From assembly GCA_029218545.1 (NCBI GenBank), contig JAQXRN010000244.1:1-61745 (forward strand): a DNA stretch of 61,745 nucleotides, in the 5' to 3' direction. The position numbers and the translations under genes are program-made. Position 1 is the first letter of the stretch. Every line of letters begins with the position of its first letter. Source of the DNA: Bacillota bacterium. GTDB lineage: Bacteria; Bacillota; Clostridia; Peptostreptococcales; Anaerovoracaceae. This document shows, one piece after another, positions 33,172 through 41,619 of the stretch. Under the pieces are notes generated by a model. That model was not told the DNA's origin. It saw nothing but the letters and a program-made list of their open reading frames with translations, and did no database searches.

Positions 33172-33200
33172 TTGACACTATTTCTTAATTTTTGTATAAT
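33172..33200 (+). promoter_or_regulatory. Consensus sigma-A promoter of the Mrp-like operon (TTGACA-17 nt-TATAAT)
   Basis: Read directly: TTGACA at 33172-33177 and TATAAT at 33195-33200. An AGGAGG SD at 33229-33234 precedes the ATG at 33244. Confidence 0.8.
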
Positions 33201-33243
33201 TTTCCTACTATATTCAGTTGATTATTTTAGGAGGACACAATAT

Positions 33244-33816
33244 ATGCACAGGCGACCGACGCGATCACTGTCACAGATTCTCATATCTGCAATTCTATTA
33301 TTCTCTATTTGGATATTATTTTCAGGTAAATTTGAGTTTAAATTTCTTCTTATAGGTTTGTTTTCATCTATTATCATATCAATCATCTGTTTTCCCTTCA
33401 TGCTTATTACCAATAATAAAAGTGGAAAGCAATTTTTTGTTTTTGATTTTAATATCTTAAAATTTTTATCTTATTCTCTTTGGTTAATAATTGAAATTAT
33501 TAAATCCTCAATTGATGTAGCAAAAGAAATATTTAAACCTAATATGGAGTATGAGCCATTAATCGTCTATTTTTCTATGCCTTTTGAAAATCCCCTCGCA
33601 AGCGTTGTATTAGCAAACTCAATTATTCTAACACCGGGAACTATAACTATAGATGTCGATGGTGATGGCATTTTTGAAGTGCACGCATTAAGCAAAAAAT
33701 TTTCTTCGGGATTGTTAGATGGCAGAATGCAACAAAAAATAGCTGAAATATTTAATGAAAATTGCCAGTTTACACCTCTTGAACATATGACTGTTGTGAG
33801 AAAGGGGGTAAAATAG
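33244..33816 (+). CDS. mnhE: Mrp/Mnh antiporter subunit E
   Basis: 190 aa with the MnhE signature SIILTPGTITIDV. The ATG at 33244 lies behind AGGAGG. The TTG at 33172 in the ORF track is the -35 box. Confidence 0.85.
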   Translation: MHRRPTRSLSQILISAILLFSIWILFSGKFEFKFLLIGLFSSIIISIICFPFMLITNNKSGKQFFVFDFNILKFLSYSLWLIIEIIKSSIDVAKEIFKPNMEYEPLIVYFSMPFENPLASVVLANSIILTPGTITIDVDGDGIFEVHALSKKFSSGLLDGRMQQKIAEIFNENCQFTPLEHMTVVRKGVK

Positions 33817-34092
33817 ATGACTGTTTTTTTCACAATTTATCTGATAGGAATAATATTTTTGACATTGCTTATGCTTTTCAGACTTTTTAGAGGGGATGTA
33901 TATAACAGATTTGTCGGAATACTTGTAATGACAACAAACGTAATACTTATCCTGGTTCTTATAGGCTTTATTGACGGAAGAAGGGACATGTATGTTGATA
34001 TTGCCATATCATATGCAATGCTTGGTTTTATTAGTTCAATAATCGTTGCAAAATTCCTTGGAACTAGAGGAGGTAAAAAAAATGATCATTAG
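33817..34092 (+). CDS. mnhF: Mrp/Mnh antiporter subunit F
   Basis: 91 aa with 3 TM segments and the LFRLFRGDVYNRFVG motif typical of MnhF/MbhB. Confidence 0.82.
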   Translation: MTVFFTIYLIGIIFLTLLMLFRLFRGDVYNRFVGILVMTTNVILILVLIGFIDGRRDMYVDIAISYAMLGFISSIIVAKFLGTRGGKKNDH

Positions 34093-34384
34093 AAATGCAC
34101 TCACTGTTTTTTTTATGGCTTTAGGATTTTTATGCTTCCTGGCTTCAGCTGTTGGAGTCTTTAGAATGAAAGACTTTTATTGCAGACTACATGCTGCAAG
34201 TATATGCGAATCACTAGGCCTATTTCTGTGCAGCCTGGGATTATTATTCTATGAAGGGCTTGATTTGACCGGGATAAAAATCTTTTTAGTATTTACTGCA
34301 GTCTTTATCTCAAGTCCCATTGGAACACATATAATTACAAAGGTATGTTATAAGAAAAGTTTGAATGAAGGGGAGGAAAACTGA
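34082..34384 (+). CDS. mnhG: Mrp/Mnh antiporter subunit G
   Basis: 100 aa with the MnhG signature VFRMKDFYCRLHAAS. The ATG at 34082 lies behind GGAGGT. Confidence 0.85.
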   Translation: MIIRNALTVFFMALGFLCFLASAVGVFRMKDFYCRLHAASICESLGLFLCSLGLLFYEGLDLTGIKIFLVFTAVFISSPIGTHIITKVCYKKSLNEGEEN

Positions 34385-34629
34385 TGCCTATTTTAATACT
34401 TGAAGCAATATTGCTTATTGCACTAATATTTGTGGCAATGGGTATTATTATCGGACAAGAGCTGCTTCCCGGAGTAATAATATATTGTGCCTTCAGTTTT
34501 ATAGCGATGTTGCTTTATACAATTATCGGAGCTGCGGATGTTGCCTTTACAGAAGCCGTTATTGGAACCGTTTCCACAGTTTATTTCGTTATTGCAATCA
34601 AATCAATAAACAGGAGTCATAAAAAATAA
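34384..34629 (+). CDS. MbhD/DUF4040-like small membrane subunit (corresponds to part of the MrpA C-terminal region)
   Basis: 81 aa with 3 TM segments. It sits between G and B as in Mbh-type gene order and has a TGATG overlap with mnhG. Confidence 0.6.
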   Translation: MPILILEAILLIALIFVAMGIIIGQELLPGVIIYCAFSFIAMLLYTIIGAADVAFTEAVIGTVSTVYFVIAIKSINRSHKK

Positions 34630-35420
34630 TGGAAAAACATTTACATAGAAGAAAACAGCGTAAAAAAAGAATAATTGCCATGATTATTCTTATCATAGCC
34701 GTTGCCGCTTCAACATTTGAACTGGCTACATTTTTACCTACAATCGGTGAATTGAACACTCCTGCAAATTCATACATTTCAGAATACTATATTGAAAATG
34801 CAGTAGAAGATACTCATTCATATAACATCGTAACGGCTGTATTAGCCGATTATAGAGGTTTTGACACACTGTTTGAAACCTGTGTTATGTTTCTATCAGG
34901 AATAACGGCAATGATGGTCTTATCTACAAAGGATAAGGTATCAAAATCCATTGAAAAAAAATCAGATGACGTAAACATTTTTGAAAGCGATATAATGGAC
35001 AATGCCTTTAGAATCATCATCCCCATAATTATGATTTATGGAATATATGTTCTAGCTCATGGTGAAATTAGCTTAGGCGGAGGATTTCAGGCCGGAGCTT
35101 TACTTGCATCAGCGTACCTATTAGATAAAATAATTCCGGGCTTTAGAACTGTCCTTGACAGAATTACTGAGGAATTTGCATTGGTTGTTGCGGGAGTAGG
35201 ATCTTTCATTTATTTATCCACAGGGTTACTTCCAATGTTTAATGGAGGTAACTTTCTGGAATATGGCAAGCTCCCCTTCGGGTCAAAATCCATAGAAACT
35301 GTAGGCTATCTTCATTCAACAGGAATATTGCTCATTGAAGTAGGTGTAACAATCTGTGTTGCAGGTGTAATAATCGCTATCTTAGAAGTTGTACTTGAAA
35401 GGACAAGTTTTGATGAATAA
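34629..35420 (+). CDS. mnhB: Mrp/Mnh antiporter subunit B (MbhE/F-like, extended)
   Basis: 263 aa with the MnhB-domain motif NIVTAVLADYRGFDTLFET, multi-TM. Confidence 0.8.
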   Translation: MEKHLHRRKQRKKRIIAMIILIIAVAASTFELATFLPTIGELNTPANSYISEYYIENAVEDTHSYNIVTAVLADYRGFDTLFETCVMFLSGITAMMVLSTKDKVSKSIEKKSDDVNIFESDIMDNAFRIIIPIIMIYGIYVLAHGEISLGGGFQAGALLASAYLLDKIIPGFRTVLDRITEEFALVVAGVGSFIYLSTGLLPMFNGGNFLEYGKLPFGSKSIETVGYLHSTGILLIEVGVTICVAGVIIAILEVVLERTSFDE

Positions 35421-35808
35421 TTTTTTAATAATTTTAGAAAATTTTCTTGCTGAAAGCGGGATATATGTTCTCACATTTATTCTGATGGCCCTTGGAATTT
35501 TCGGAATGATCGTATCAGGTAATTACATGAAGAAACTAATGTGCATGAACATTCTTCAAGTTTCCATAATATTCTTTTTCCTTACTTTTGGACAAAAAAA
35601 TGGTGCAACTCTTCCAGTTGTTTTAGAGCATCTATTGGGCGCTGAGAGTTATATTAATCCTCTTCCACATGCCTTAATGCTTACAGCAATTGTAGTAAGC
35701 CTTGGTACAACAGGTGTAGGACTTGCTCTTCTTATGAAAATAAAGGATATATACGGCACAATTGAAGAAGACGAAATAACAGGCAAAGGAGGATCAAAAA
35801 ATGAGTAA
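35413..35808 (+). CDS. mnhC: Mrp/Mnh antiporter subunit C (NuoK-like)
   Basis: About 131 aa with 3 TM segments and a NuoK/MnhC-like sequence (GNYMKKLMCMNILQ...). It has an 8-nt overlap with mnhB. Confidence 0.82.
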   Translation: MNNFLIILENFLAESGIYVLTFILMALGIFGMIVSGNYMKKLMCMNILQVSIIFFFLTFGQKNGATLPVVLEHLLGAESYINPLPHALMLTAIVVSLGTTGVGLALLMKIKDIYGTIEEDEITGKGGSKNE

Positions 35809-37306
35809 TTTTTTAAATCATCTGCCTGTTTTAGTAATAATTTTTCCGCTGGCAGCAACACTTTTATGTCCTTTGCTAGGTCATTTCAGCAGAGATTTCA
35901 GCAAGAGGGCAGTTATTTTTGGACTATTTCTGTCCATGGTGTGTGCTTTTATACAGCTTATACAGGTTATAAAAAATGGAGAACCAATACATTACTTCAT
36001 AGGTGGATGGATGCCTCCAATAGGAATTGAATTTGTTATCGATGGTCTTAACGGCCTGATTATTGTACTTGTCTCAACCATTTCATGGATGACTTCACTT
36101 TTCAGCAGTCCTTTTGAATTGCTGGAAAGAGGTAATGAATTAAGATCCGTAGGATATTATACTATATTATGTTTCCTGGCTGTGGGTCTATTGGGTATGT
36201 CATCCACAGGTGACGCTTTCAACCTTTATGTTTTTATGGAGATAACAGCATTATCAGGCTACGGTCTAATTGCAATAGGGGAGGAAAAAGGGCCTATAGC
36301 AGCATTCAGATACCTTATGACAGGTACCATTGGTGCATCCATGTACCTTCTAGGTGTAGGATTTTTATATGCATTGACAGGTACTTTAAATATGGCTGAT
36401 TTAGCAGTCAGACTTGCTGATTCACATGACAGCCCTTTGATTATTGCATCCATTGCTTGTTTGATAATTGGTTTTGGAATAAAAATGGCATTGTTCCCAT
36501 TACATGGATGGCAGCCTGCAGCCCATTCCTATGCTCATCCTGCTGCAGACCCTATGATTGCAGGTATTATGATTAAAATTCCGGCATATGCAATGCTCAG
36601 GTTTTTCTTCTGTATATTTGATAAGTCAAGTCCTATTATTGAAACATTCTTTACAGCAATTTCAATAATGGCCATATGTGGAATTCTTTATGGTTCCCTT
36701 AAGGCTTTAAGATATGATACATATAACAAAATTCTCGCATTTTCAAGTATTGGTCAGGTTGGCTATATTGCAATGGGCTTTGCAATAGGCAACTTTTACG
36801 GATTGATTGGTGCTGTACTTCATATTGTGAGCCATGCTTTCATGAAGGTTGGATTGTTCTATACCTCCGCAGCATTAAAATATAAATATGATATTCACAA
36901 GATCAGTGAATTGGGGCAGGTATATAGAAAGATGCCTGTAACTTCATTGACCATGGTTGTCTGTGCCTTGTCAATGGTTGGATTACCGCCATTTGCAGGT
37001 TTTTTCAGCAAGTGGTATCTTGCTCTTGGCGCTATTGAAAAAGGACAATATATCTTTGTTGCCGTTCTAATTGTCAGCAGTCTGCTTGGAGTAATATATT
37101 TCTTTAGAATTTTTGAAAACATGTTTATGGGTGAATTTAATGCAATAGGGACTGATAATCCGGTTAAAGGTAAGTTTGAAGTACCATGGCAGCTTATTAT
37201 CCCGATGTGCATGGTAATTGTTGCGATTGTTGCCTTAGGATTATTTAATTCATTTATCATAAATAAGGTTTTAAAGGTTACAGTATTGGAGGTGTTCTTA
37301 GGATGA
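35801..37306 (+). CDS. mnhD: Antiporter-like subunit 1 (MrpD/NuoN/NuoM family, Proton_antipo_M)
   Basis: 501 aa, about 14 TM segments, with a conserved core (FPLHGWQPAAH..., SSIGQVGYI, HAFMKVGLF). Confidence 0.85.
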   Translation: MSNFLNHLPVLVIIFPLAATLLCPLLGHFSRDFSKRAVIFGLFLSMVCAFIQLIQVIKNGEPIHYFIGGWMPPIGIEFVIDGLNGLIIVLVSTISWMTSLFSSPFELLERGNELRSVGYYTILCFLAVGLLGMSSTGDAFNLYVFMEITALSGYGLIAIGEEKGPIAAFRYLMTGTIGASMYLLGVGFLYALTGTLNMADLAVRLADSHDSPLIIASIACLIIGFGIKMALFPLHGWQPAAHSYAHPAADPMIAGIMIKIPAYAMLRFFFCIFDKSSPIIETFFTAISIMAICGILYGSLKALRYDTYNKILAFSSIGQVGYIAMGFAIGNFYGLIGAVLHIVSHAFMKVGLFYTSAALKYKYDIHKISELGQVYRKMPVTSLTMVVCALSMVGLPPFAGFFSKWYLALGAIEKGQYIFVAVLIVSSLLGVIYFFRIFENMFMGEFNAIGTDNPVKGKFEVPWQLIIPMCMVIVAIVALGLFNSFIINKVLKVTVLEVFLG

Positions 37307-38844
37307 TTATTGAATCAATAGGGCCGGCTTTAGTCGTATCAATTCCATTGTTTTCAGCACTTCTGATATTGTTTTTCGGAAACAAGATAAAGCCCAACCA
37401 AAGAGAATCAATTACAATAATCGCCTCTATCATTGTTGCTGCTATTGTTTTTTCAATGGTTTCAGAGGTTAAAGATGGAAATGAATATGTAACAACACTT
37501 TGGAACATCGTTGACGGAATAAGTTTAAAGCTAAAAACTGATGCTGCAGGAATGGTTTTTGCCTGTATTGCCAGCGGTCTATGGATATTAACATCCATAT
37601 ATTCAATAGGATATGTACGTGGTCACAATGAGAATAATCAGACCGGGTATTTTGCTGCTTTTGCTACCTGTATCGGTTCAGCGTTAGGTATTGCACTTGC
37701 AGCAAACCTCATTACTTTCTTTATTTTTTATGAAATGCTTACCTTGGCAACCTATCCATTGGTTGCACACTACAGAGACCAAAAAGCAAGATTTTCAGGA
37801 CGTAAATATCTTGCATATACCTTGATTTCAGGGCAGTTATTCTTTGCTGCCATTGTGTGGGTTTATGCAAACTATGGTACCACTGAATTTATAGCGGGCG
37901 GATTTATAGAAGTAGGCAGTATGAGCAAAAATTTAATGTGCATCCTTTTCTTTATGATGCTTGTGGGAGGAGCTGTAAAAGCTGGTGTTATGCCTCTTCA
38001 TGGATGGCTTCCATCAGCTATGGTTGCACCAACCCCGGTAAGTGCTCTTTTACATGCCGTAGCTGTTGTTAAAGCAGGAGCATTTTGTGTTCTCAGGGTA
38101 GTATGCTATGTATTTGGACCTAAAGCAGCTTTATGGTGCGGTGGTGCAGAGATTTTAAGCTGGTTTGCAATAGCAACAATAATCCTTTCATCCCTTGTGG
38201 CCATAAGACAGGATAACCTCAAAGCAAGACTTGCTTTTTCAACATTGGGACAGCTTTCTTATATTATCCTGGGAATAAGCATTCTATCTGTATACAGCCT
38301 TACAGGTGCAATTTATCATATTGTGGCACATGCTTTTTTAAAGATTACGTTATTTATGGCTGCAGGAGCAATATTTGTTCATACACATCTTTCAGAAATT
38401 TCGACAATGAAGGGAATTGTTAAAAGGATGCCTATTACATGTACAGCTTTTGGTGTGGCATCTTTAGGAATAGCCGGACTGCCTTTGATGGCTGGATTTG
38501 TAAGCAAATTTAATATTATTGAAGGTGCCTTTCTCAATTCAAAACCAATAGGTATAGCTGTTCTTGTTGCAGCCGCATTACTTGCTTTGACATATTTGAT
38601 TCCCGTTGTTCAAATTTTCTTTGGAAAAGGTTTATCCAAGAAAAGCCATAATCTGCAAGTAGATTCACTTTGCCATTCAGAAGCTTTGGATGCATCCTGG
38701 TCGATGGTTATTCCATTGGTCGTTACAGTTGTAATTTCAATAATATTAGGAATCGCACCTAATGCAGGCTTAAATTTATACGATCTGGCAATAAAAGCCG
38801 CAGTGTCAATAACAGGAGAGGGGGGCATTTTCCTTGCAGGATAA
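37303..38844 (+). CDS. mnhD: Antiporter-like subunit 2 (MrpD/NuoM family)
   Basis: 513 aa with MPLHGWLPSAMVAPTPVSALLHA, STLGQLSYI and HAFLKITLF motifs. Confidence 0.85.
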   Translation: MIIESIGPALVVSIPLFSALLILFFGNKIKPNQRESITIIASIIVAAIVFSMVSEVKDGNEYVTTLWNIVDGISLKLKTDAAGMVFACIASGLWILTSIYSIGYVRGHNENNQTGYFAAFATCIGSALGIALAANLITFFIFYEMLTLATYPLVAHYRDQKARFSGRKYLAYTLISGQLFFAAIVWVYANYGTTEFIAGGFIEVGSMSKNLMCILFFMMLVGGAVKAGVMPLHGWLPSAMVAPTPVSALLHAVAVVKAGAFCVLRVVCYVFGPKAALWCGGAEILSWFAIATIILSSLVAIRQDNLKARLAFSTLGQLSYIILGISILSVYSLTGAIYHIVAHAFLKITLFMAAGAIFVHTHLSEISTMKGIVKRMPITCTAFGVASLGIAGLPLMAGFVSKFNIIEGAFLNSKPIGIAVLVAAALLALTYLIPVVQIFFGKGLSKKSHNLQVDSLCHSEALDASWSMVIPLVVTVVISIILGIAPNAGLNLYDLAIKAAVSITGEGGIFLAG

Positions 38845-39073
38845 GAAGAAAATATATTTGATATTGGGAATAATAATTATTATTTCTTTCGTTGCAGAAT
38901 TGCTGTTTGCTCATCCTCACTACCATATGATATGGAACATAATTCCCGGAGCTGACGTAATAATCGGTTTTTTGGGAGCGTGGATTCTCATTTTTATTGC
39001 AAAGATTGTAATTGCTAATCTACTGCAACGCAGGGAAAACTATTATGAAGAGGGGAGTGATCAGGATGCTTAA
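38834..39073 (+). CDS. Small two-TM membrane protein of the Mrp-like operon (unassigned subunit)
   Basis: 79 aa with a TTG start 8 nt after the very strong SD AGGAGAGGGGG (38814-38825). It overlaps both neighbouring genes. Confidence 0.55.
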   Translation: MQDKKKIYLILGIIIIISFVAELLFAHPHYHMIWNIIPGADVIIGFLGAWILIFIAKIVIANLLQRRENYYEEGSDQDA

Positions 39074-40757
39074 CAACTTTCTTCATCCCGGACTTATGTT
39101 TTTAATTGTTTCAGGACTGCTTTTACTGGTAGTTCCAAAATCATTACAGAAGTTCTTTGTATTGGCGGGACCTGTTGTAACCGGATTTTATGTTATTACT
39201 TCAGAGGCAGATAAGATGTCTGTCATGTTTGGTATTATCTTCTCTCTAATTTCATTGATTGCCGGAATATATAACCTTCATGTAAAAGACAGATTTGAGC
39301 TTTCATTTGAAGCAATCTATGCCGGAGCCAGCATATGTGTAGTATTTGCCAGATACTGGATTGAAATGATAATATTCTGGGAAATTATGGCTGTGGCTTC
39401 ATGGCTTATCGTTGTGGTTGCAAGGACAAAGAAATCGACAGAGGCAGGGTTCAGATATCTCCTTGTTCATATGCTGGGAGGAAATCTCCTTCTGGCAGGC
39501 ATTGTAATGCAGCTTGCTGAAGGAAACAGTATGATTCAATGTCTGACTGGCAATTTCAATGCAAGTTATTGGCTTATTTTGGCAGGAATAGCTGTAAATG
39601 CTGCAATACCGCCTTTAAATGCGTGGATCGCCGATGCTTATCCAGAATCTACAATGGGCGGTACGGTATACATGGGTTCTTTCACAACGAAAGTTGGAGT
39701 ATACTGCCTTATAAGAATTTTTGCCGGTACTGAACTTCTTTTATATTTCGGCGTATTTATGGCGTTATGGGGAGCATGCATGGCTCTAATTGAAAACGAT
39801 TTGAGAAGACTTTTTGCATACCACATAATAAGCCAGGTAGGATATATGATTGCTTCTTTAGCAATAGGTGGAGAAATAGGCATAGATGGAGCTTGTGCCC
39901 ATGCCTTCAACCATATATTGTATAAAGGCACACTTCTTATGGCTGCAGGTGCTGTTATAACTGCTACAGGCAAGAGAAAGATAAGTGAACTAGGCGGACT
40001 GGCAAAGAAAATGCCTGTTACTGCATATTCATTTTTAGTTGCATCAATGGCCATTGCAGGTTTCCCACTGCTGAACGGATTTGTCAGCAAGTCACTAATA
40101 ATGGGAGCCGCTGCACAGAATGCTCATTGGGCAGAAATATTACTCATGGTTGCAAGTATCGGTACCTTAATGTCTGTTACCTTAAAGGTAAATTACTTTG
40201 TTTTCTTTGGAAAAAGTGATGTTCATATCGAAGTAAATGAAAAAAATATTCCAAATAATATGAAAGTTGCCATGATTTTAGGTGCAGGTGCATGTGCAAT
40301 TACAGGTATATTCCCAAATATTGTGTACAATTTGACTCCTTTCGGAACAGATGGGCATCCATTTACTGTAGATCATGTTACTCAATATGTTCAGCTCTTT
40401 GCTGCAGCTACCATTGCATTTATAATGTATTTGGAACATATGAAGCCTAAAGAAAAGATTACTTTAGATACAGACTGGTTCTATAGAAAGCCTCTTAACA
40501 TCGCTGTGGAGGGTCTTTCCTATGCATTCGATTCAGCAAGAATAGAATTTGGAAAAATGCTTAAGTGCGCTATTGAGCAGGGTAATATTTATCTGCATAA
40601 CCCAAGACTGATTGGAGAAAAACTATTCTCAATAAAACCTCCTGAAGAAAAGAACTGCATAGAAAAGGATGATGTTCTGCAGAATTCAGTGGGGAAACTT
40701 ATTGGCACAAACTTTATTTTATTTATTGTTTTAATAGTATTTGCCATAATAAAATAA
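39066..40757 (+). CDS. Antiporter-like subunit 3 (MrpA/MrpD/NuoL-like) with C-terminal amphipathic extension plus terminal TM
   Basis: About 563 aa with a Proton_antipo_M core (PPLNAWIADAYPE, HIISQVGYM, HAFNHILYKGTLLM). A roughly 100-aa hydrophilic/amphipathic tail ends in the TM segment LIGTNFILFIVLIVFAIIK. The ATG at 39066 lies behind GAGGGGA. Confidence 0.8.
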   Translation: MLNNFLHPGLMFLIVSGLLLLVVPKSLQKFFVLAGPVVTGFYVITSEADKMSVMFGIIFSLISLIAGIYNLHVKDRFELSFEAIYAGASICVVFARYWIEMIIFWEIMAVASWLIVVVARTKKSTEAGFRYLLVHMLGGNLLLAGIVMQLAEGNSMIQCLTGNFNASYWLILAGIAVNAAIPPLNAWIADAYPESTMGGTVYMGSFTTKVGVYCLIRIFAGTELLLYFGVFMALWGACMALIENDLRRLFAYHIISQVGYMIASLAIGGEIGIDGACAHAFNHILYKGTLLMAAGAVITATGKRKISELGGLAKKMPVTAYSFLVASMAIAGFPLLNGFVSKSLIMGAAAQNAHWAEILLMVASIGTLMSVTLKVNYFVFFGKSDVHIEVNEKNIPNNMKVAMILGAGACAITGIFPNIVYNLTPFGTDGHPFTVDHVTQYVQLFAAATIAFIMYLEHMKPKEKITLDTDWFYRKPLNIAVEGLSYAFDSARIEFGKMLKCAIEQGNIYLHNPRLIGEKLFSIKPPEEKNCIEKDDVLQNSVGKLIGTNFILFIVLIVFAIIK

Positions 40758-40767
40758 GCAAAGAGGT

Positions 40768-40804
40768 AAACCTCCTGGCACATATTGTCCGGAGGTTTCT
40801 TTTG
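40768..40804 (+). terminator. Rho-independent terminator after the Mrp-like operon
   Basis: AAACCTCC (40768-40775) pairs with GGAGGTTT (40791-40798), followed by CTTTTG. Confidence 0.75.
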
Positions 40805-40815
40805 TCTGTTATCTG

Positions 40816-40844
40816 TTGAAAATCAGCACCCGTTCTGTTATAAT
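40816..40844 (+). promoter_or_regulatory. Sigma-A promoter for asp23-nusB operon (TTGAAA-17 nt-TATAAT)
   Basis: Read directly. A GAGGTG SD and the ATG at 40862 follow. Confidence 0.7.
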
Positions 40845-40861
40845 TTTTTTGAGGTGTAATT

Positions 40862-41236
40862 ATGTCTGAAAAGCAGGTTTTAAATAAAATATCTGAGGAT
40901 TTAATCAGAATAGAAGCGCGTGAGGCGACTCTGAAAGTACCGGGCGTTAATCATTTAAATGATAGTATTGCTGATAACATTTCCAAAATAATTGTCGGCA
41001 AAGATACTTCTGCCAATGGAATTAAAATTTCAAAAAACAAGGATGAAATGTTTGTCATAGACATATCTATAGTTGCTGATTACGGATGTAATATTCCTCA
41101 GTTAGCCTTTGATATTCAAAGTGCTGTCAAGGATAAAGTTACAAAAGCTATTAAACAGGAAATCGGGGCGGTTAATATTCACATTGAAGGTGTTGTACTG
41201 CCTAATAAAAATACAATAAAACAGGAGATATTATGA
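40862..41236 (+). CDS. Asp23/Gls24 family envelope stress protein (YqhY-like)
   Basis: 124 aa with an Asp23-family N-terminus (...IRIEAREATLKVPGV...). Its position upstream of nusB matches B. subtilis yqhY. Confidence 0.82.
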   Translation: MSEKQVLNKISEDLIRIEAREATLKVPGVNHLNDSIADNISKIIVGKDTSANGIKISKNKDEMFVIDISIVADYGCNIPQLAFDIQSAVKDKVTKAIKQEIGAVNIHIEGVVLPNKNTIKQEIL

Positions 41237-41616
41237 AAAGATCAGAAGCAAGAGAATTTGCAATGCAGGTAATTTTCCATATGGAGGTTCATAATGAATT
41301 TCTTCCGCAGGTGCTTATCAAGTTCCCTGTATATGAAACATTAGGTGAACAAAAATCATATGTAGACGAATTGATACAAAAGTTATGTGATAATATTGAG
41401 CTTATTGACGAAAAAATCAACGAACATTCACAAAAATGGTCCGTTAAAAGAATGCCTAAGGCTGATTTGGCAGTTGCACGACTTGCATCTTGCGAAATAC
41501 TTTTTATGGAAGACATTCCGAAAGCCGTTTCTATTAATGAAGCTGTTGAACTGGCAAAGAAATACGGAACTGAAAATTCTGCAAAGTTTATCAATGCAGT
41601 ATTAAAAAATATCTAA
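41233..41616 (+). CDS. nusB: Transcription antitermination factor NusB
   Basis: 127 aa with RSEAREFAMQVIF and a conserved C-terminal region (KYGTENSAKFINAVL). Confidence 0.92.
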   Translation: MKRSEAREFAMQVIFHMEVHNEFLPQVLIKFPVYETLGEQKSYVDELIQKLCDNIELIDEKINEHSQKWSVKRMPKADLAVARLASCEILFMEDIPKAVSINEAVELAKKYGTENSAKFINAVLKNI

Positions 41617-41619
41617 AAA

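Noticed and set aside
33172-33243. The ORF-track TTG start for MnhE at 33172, and likewise the upstream starts at 34046, 35389, 39012, 22649, 5875, 9142, 30444, 31873 and 46595.
   Set aside because: The TTG at 33172 is the -35 hexamer of a consensus promoter. In every case a downstream start with a properly spaced SD and a family-typical N-terminus exists, and the upstream extension overlaps the preceding gene.
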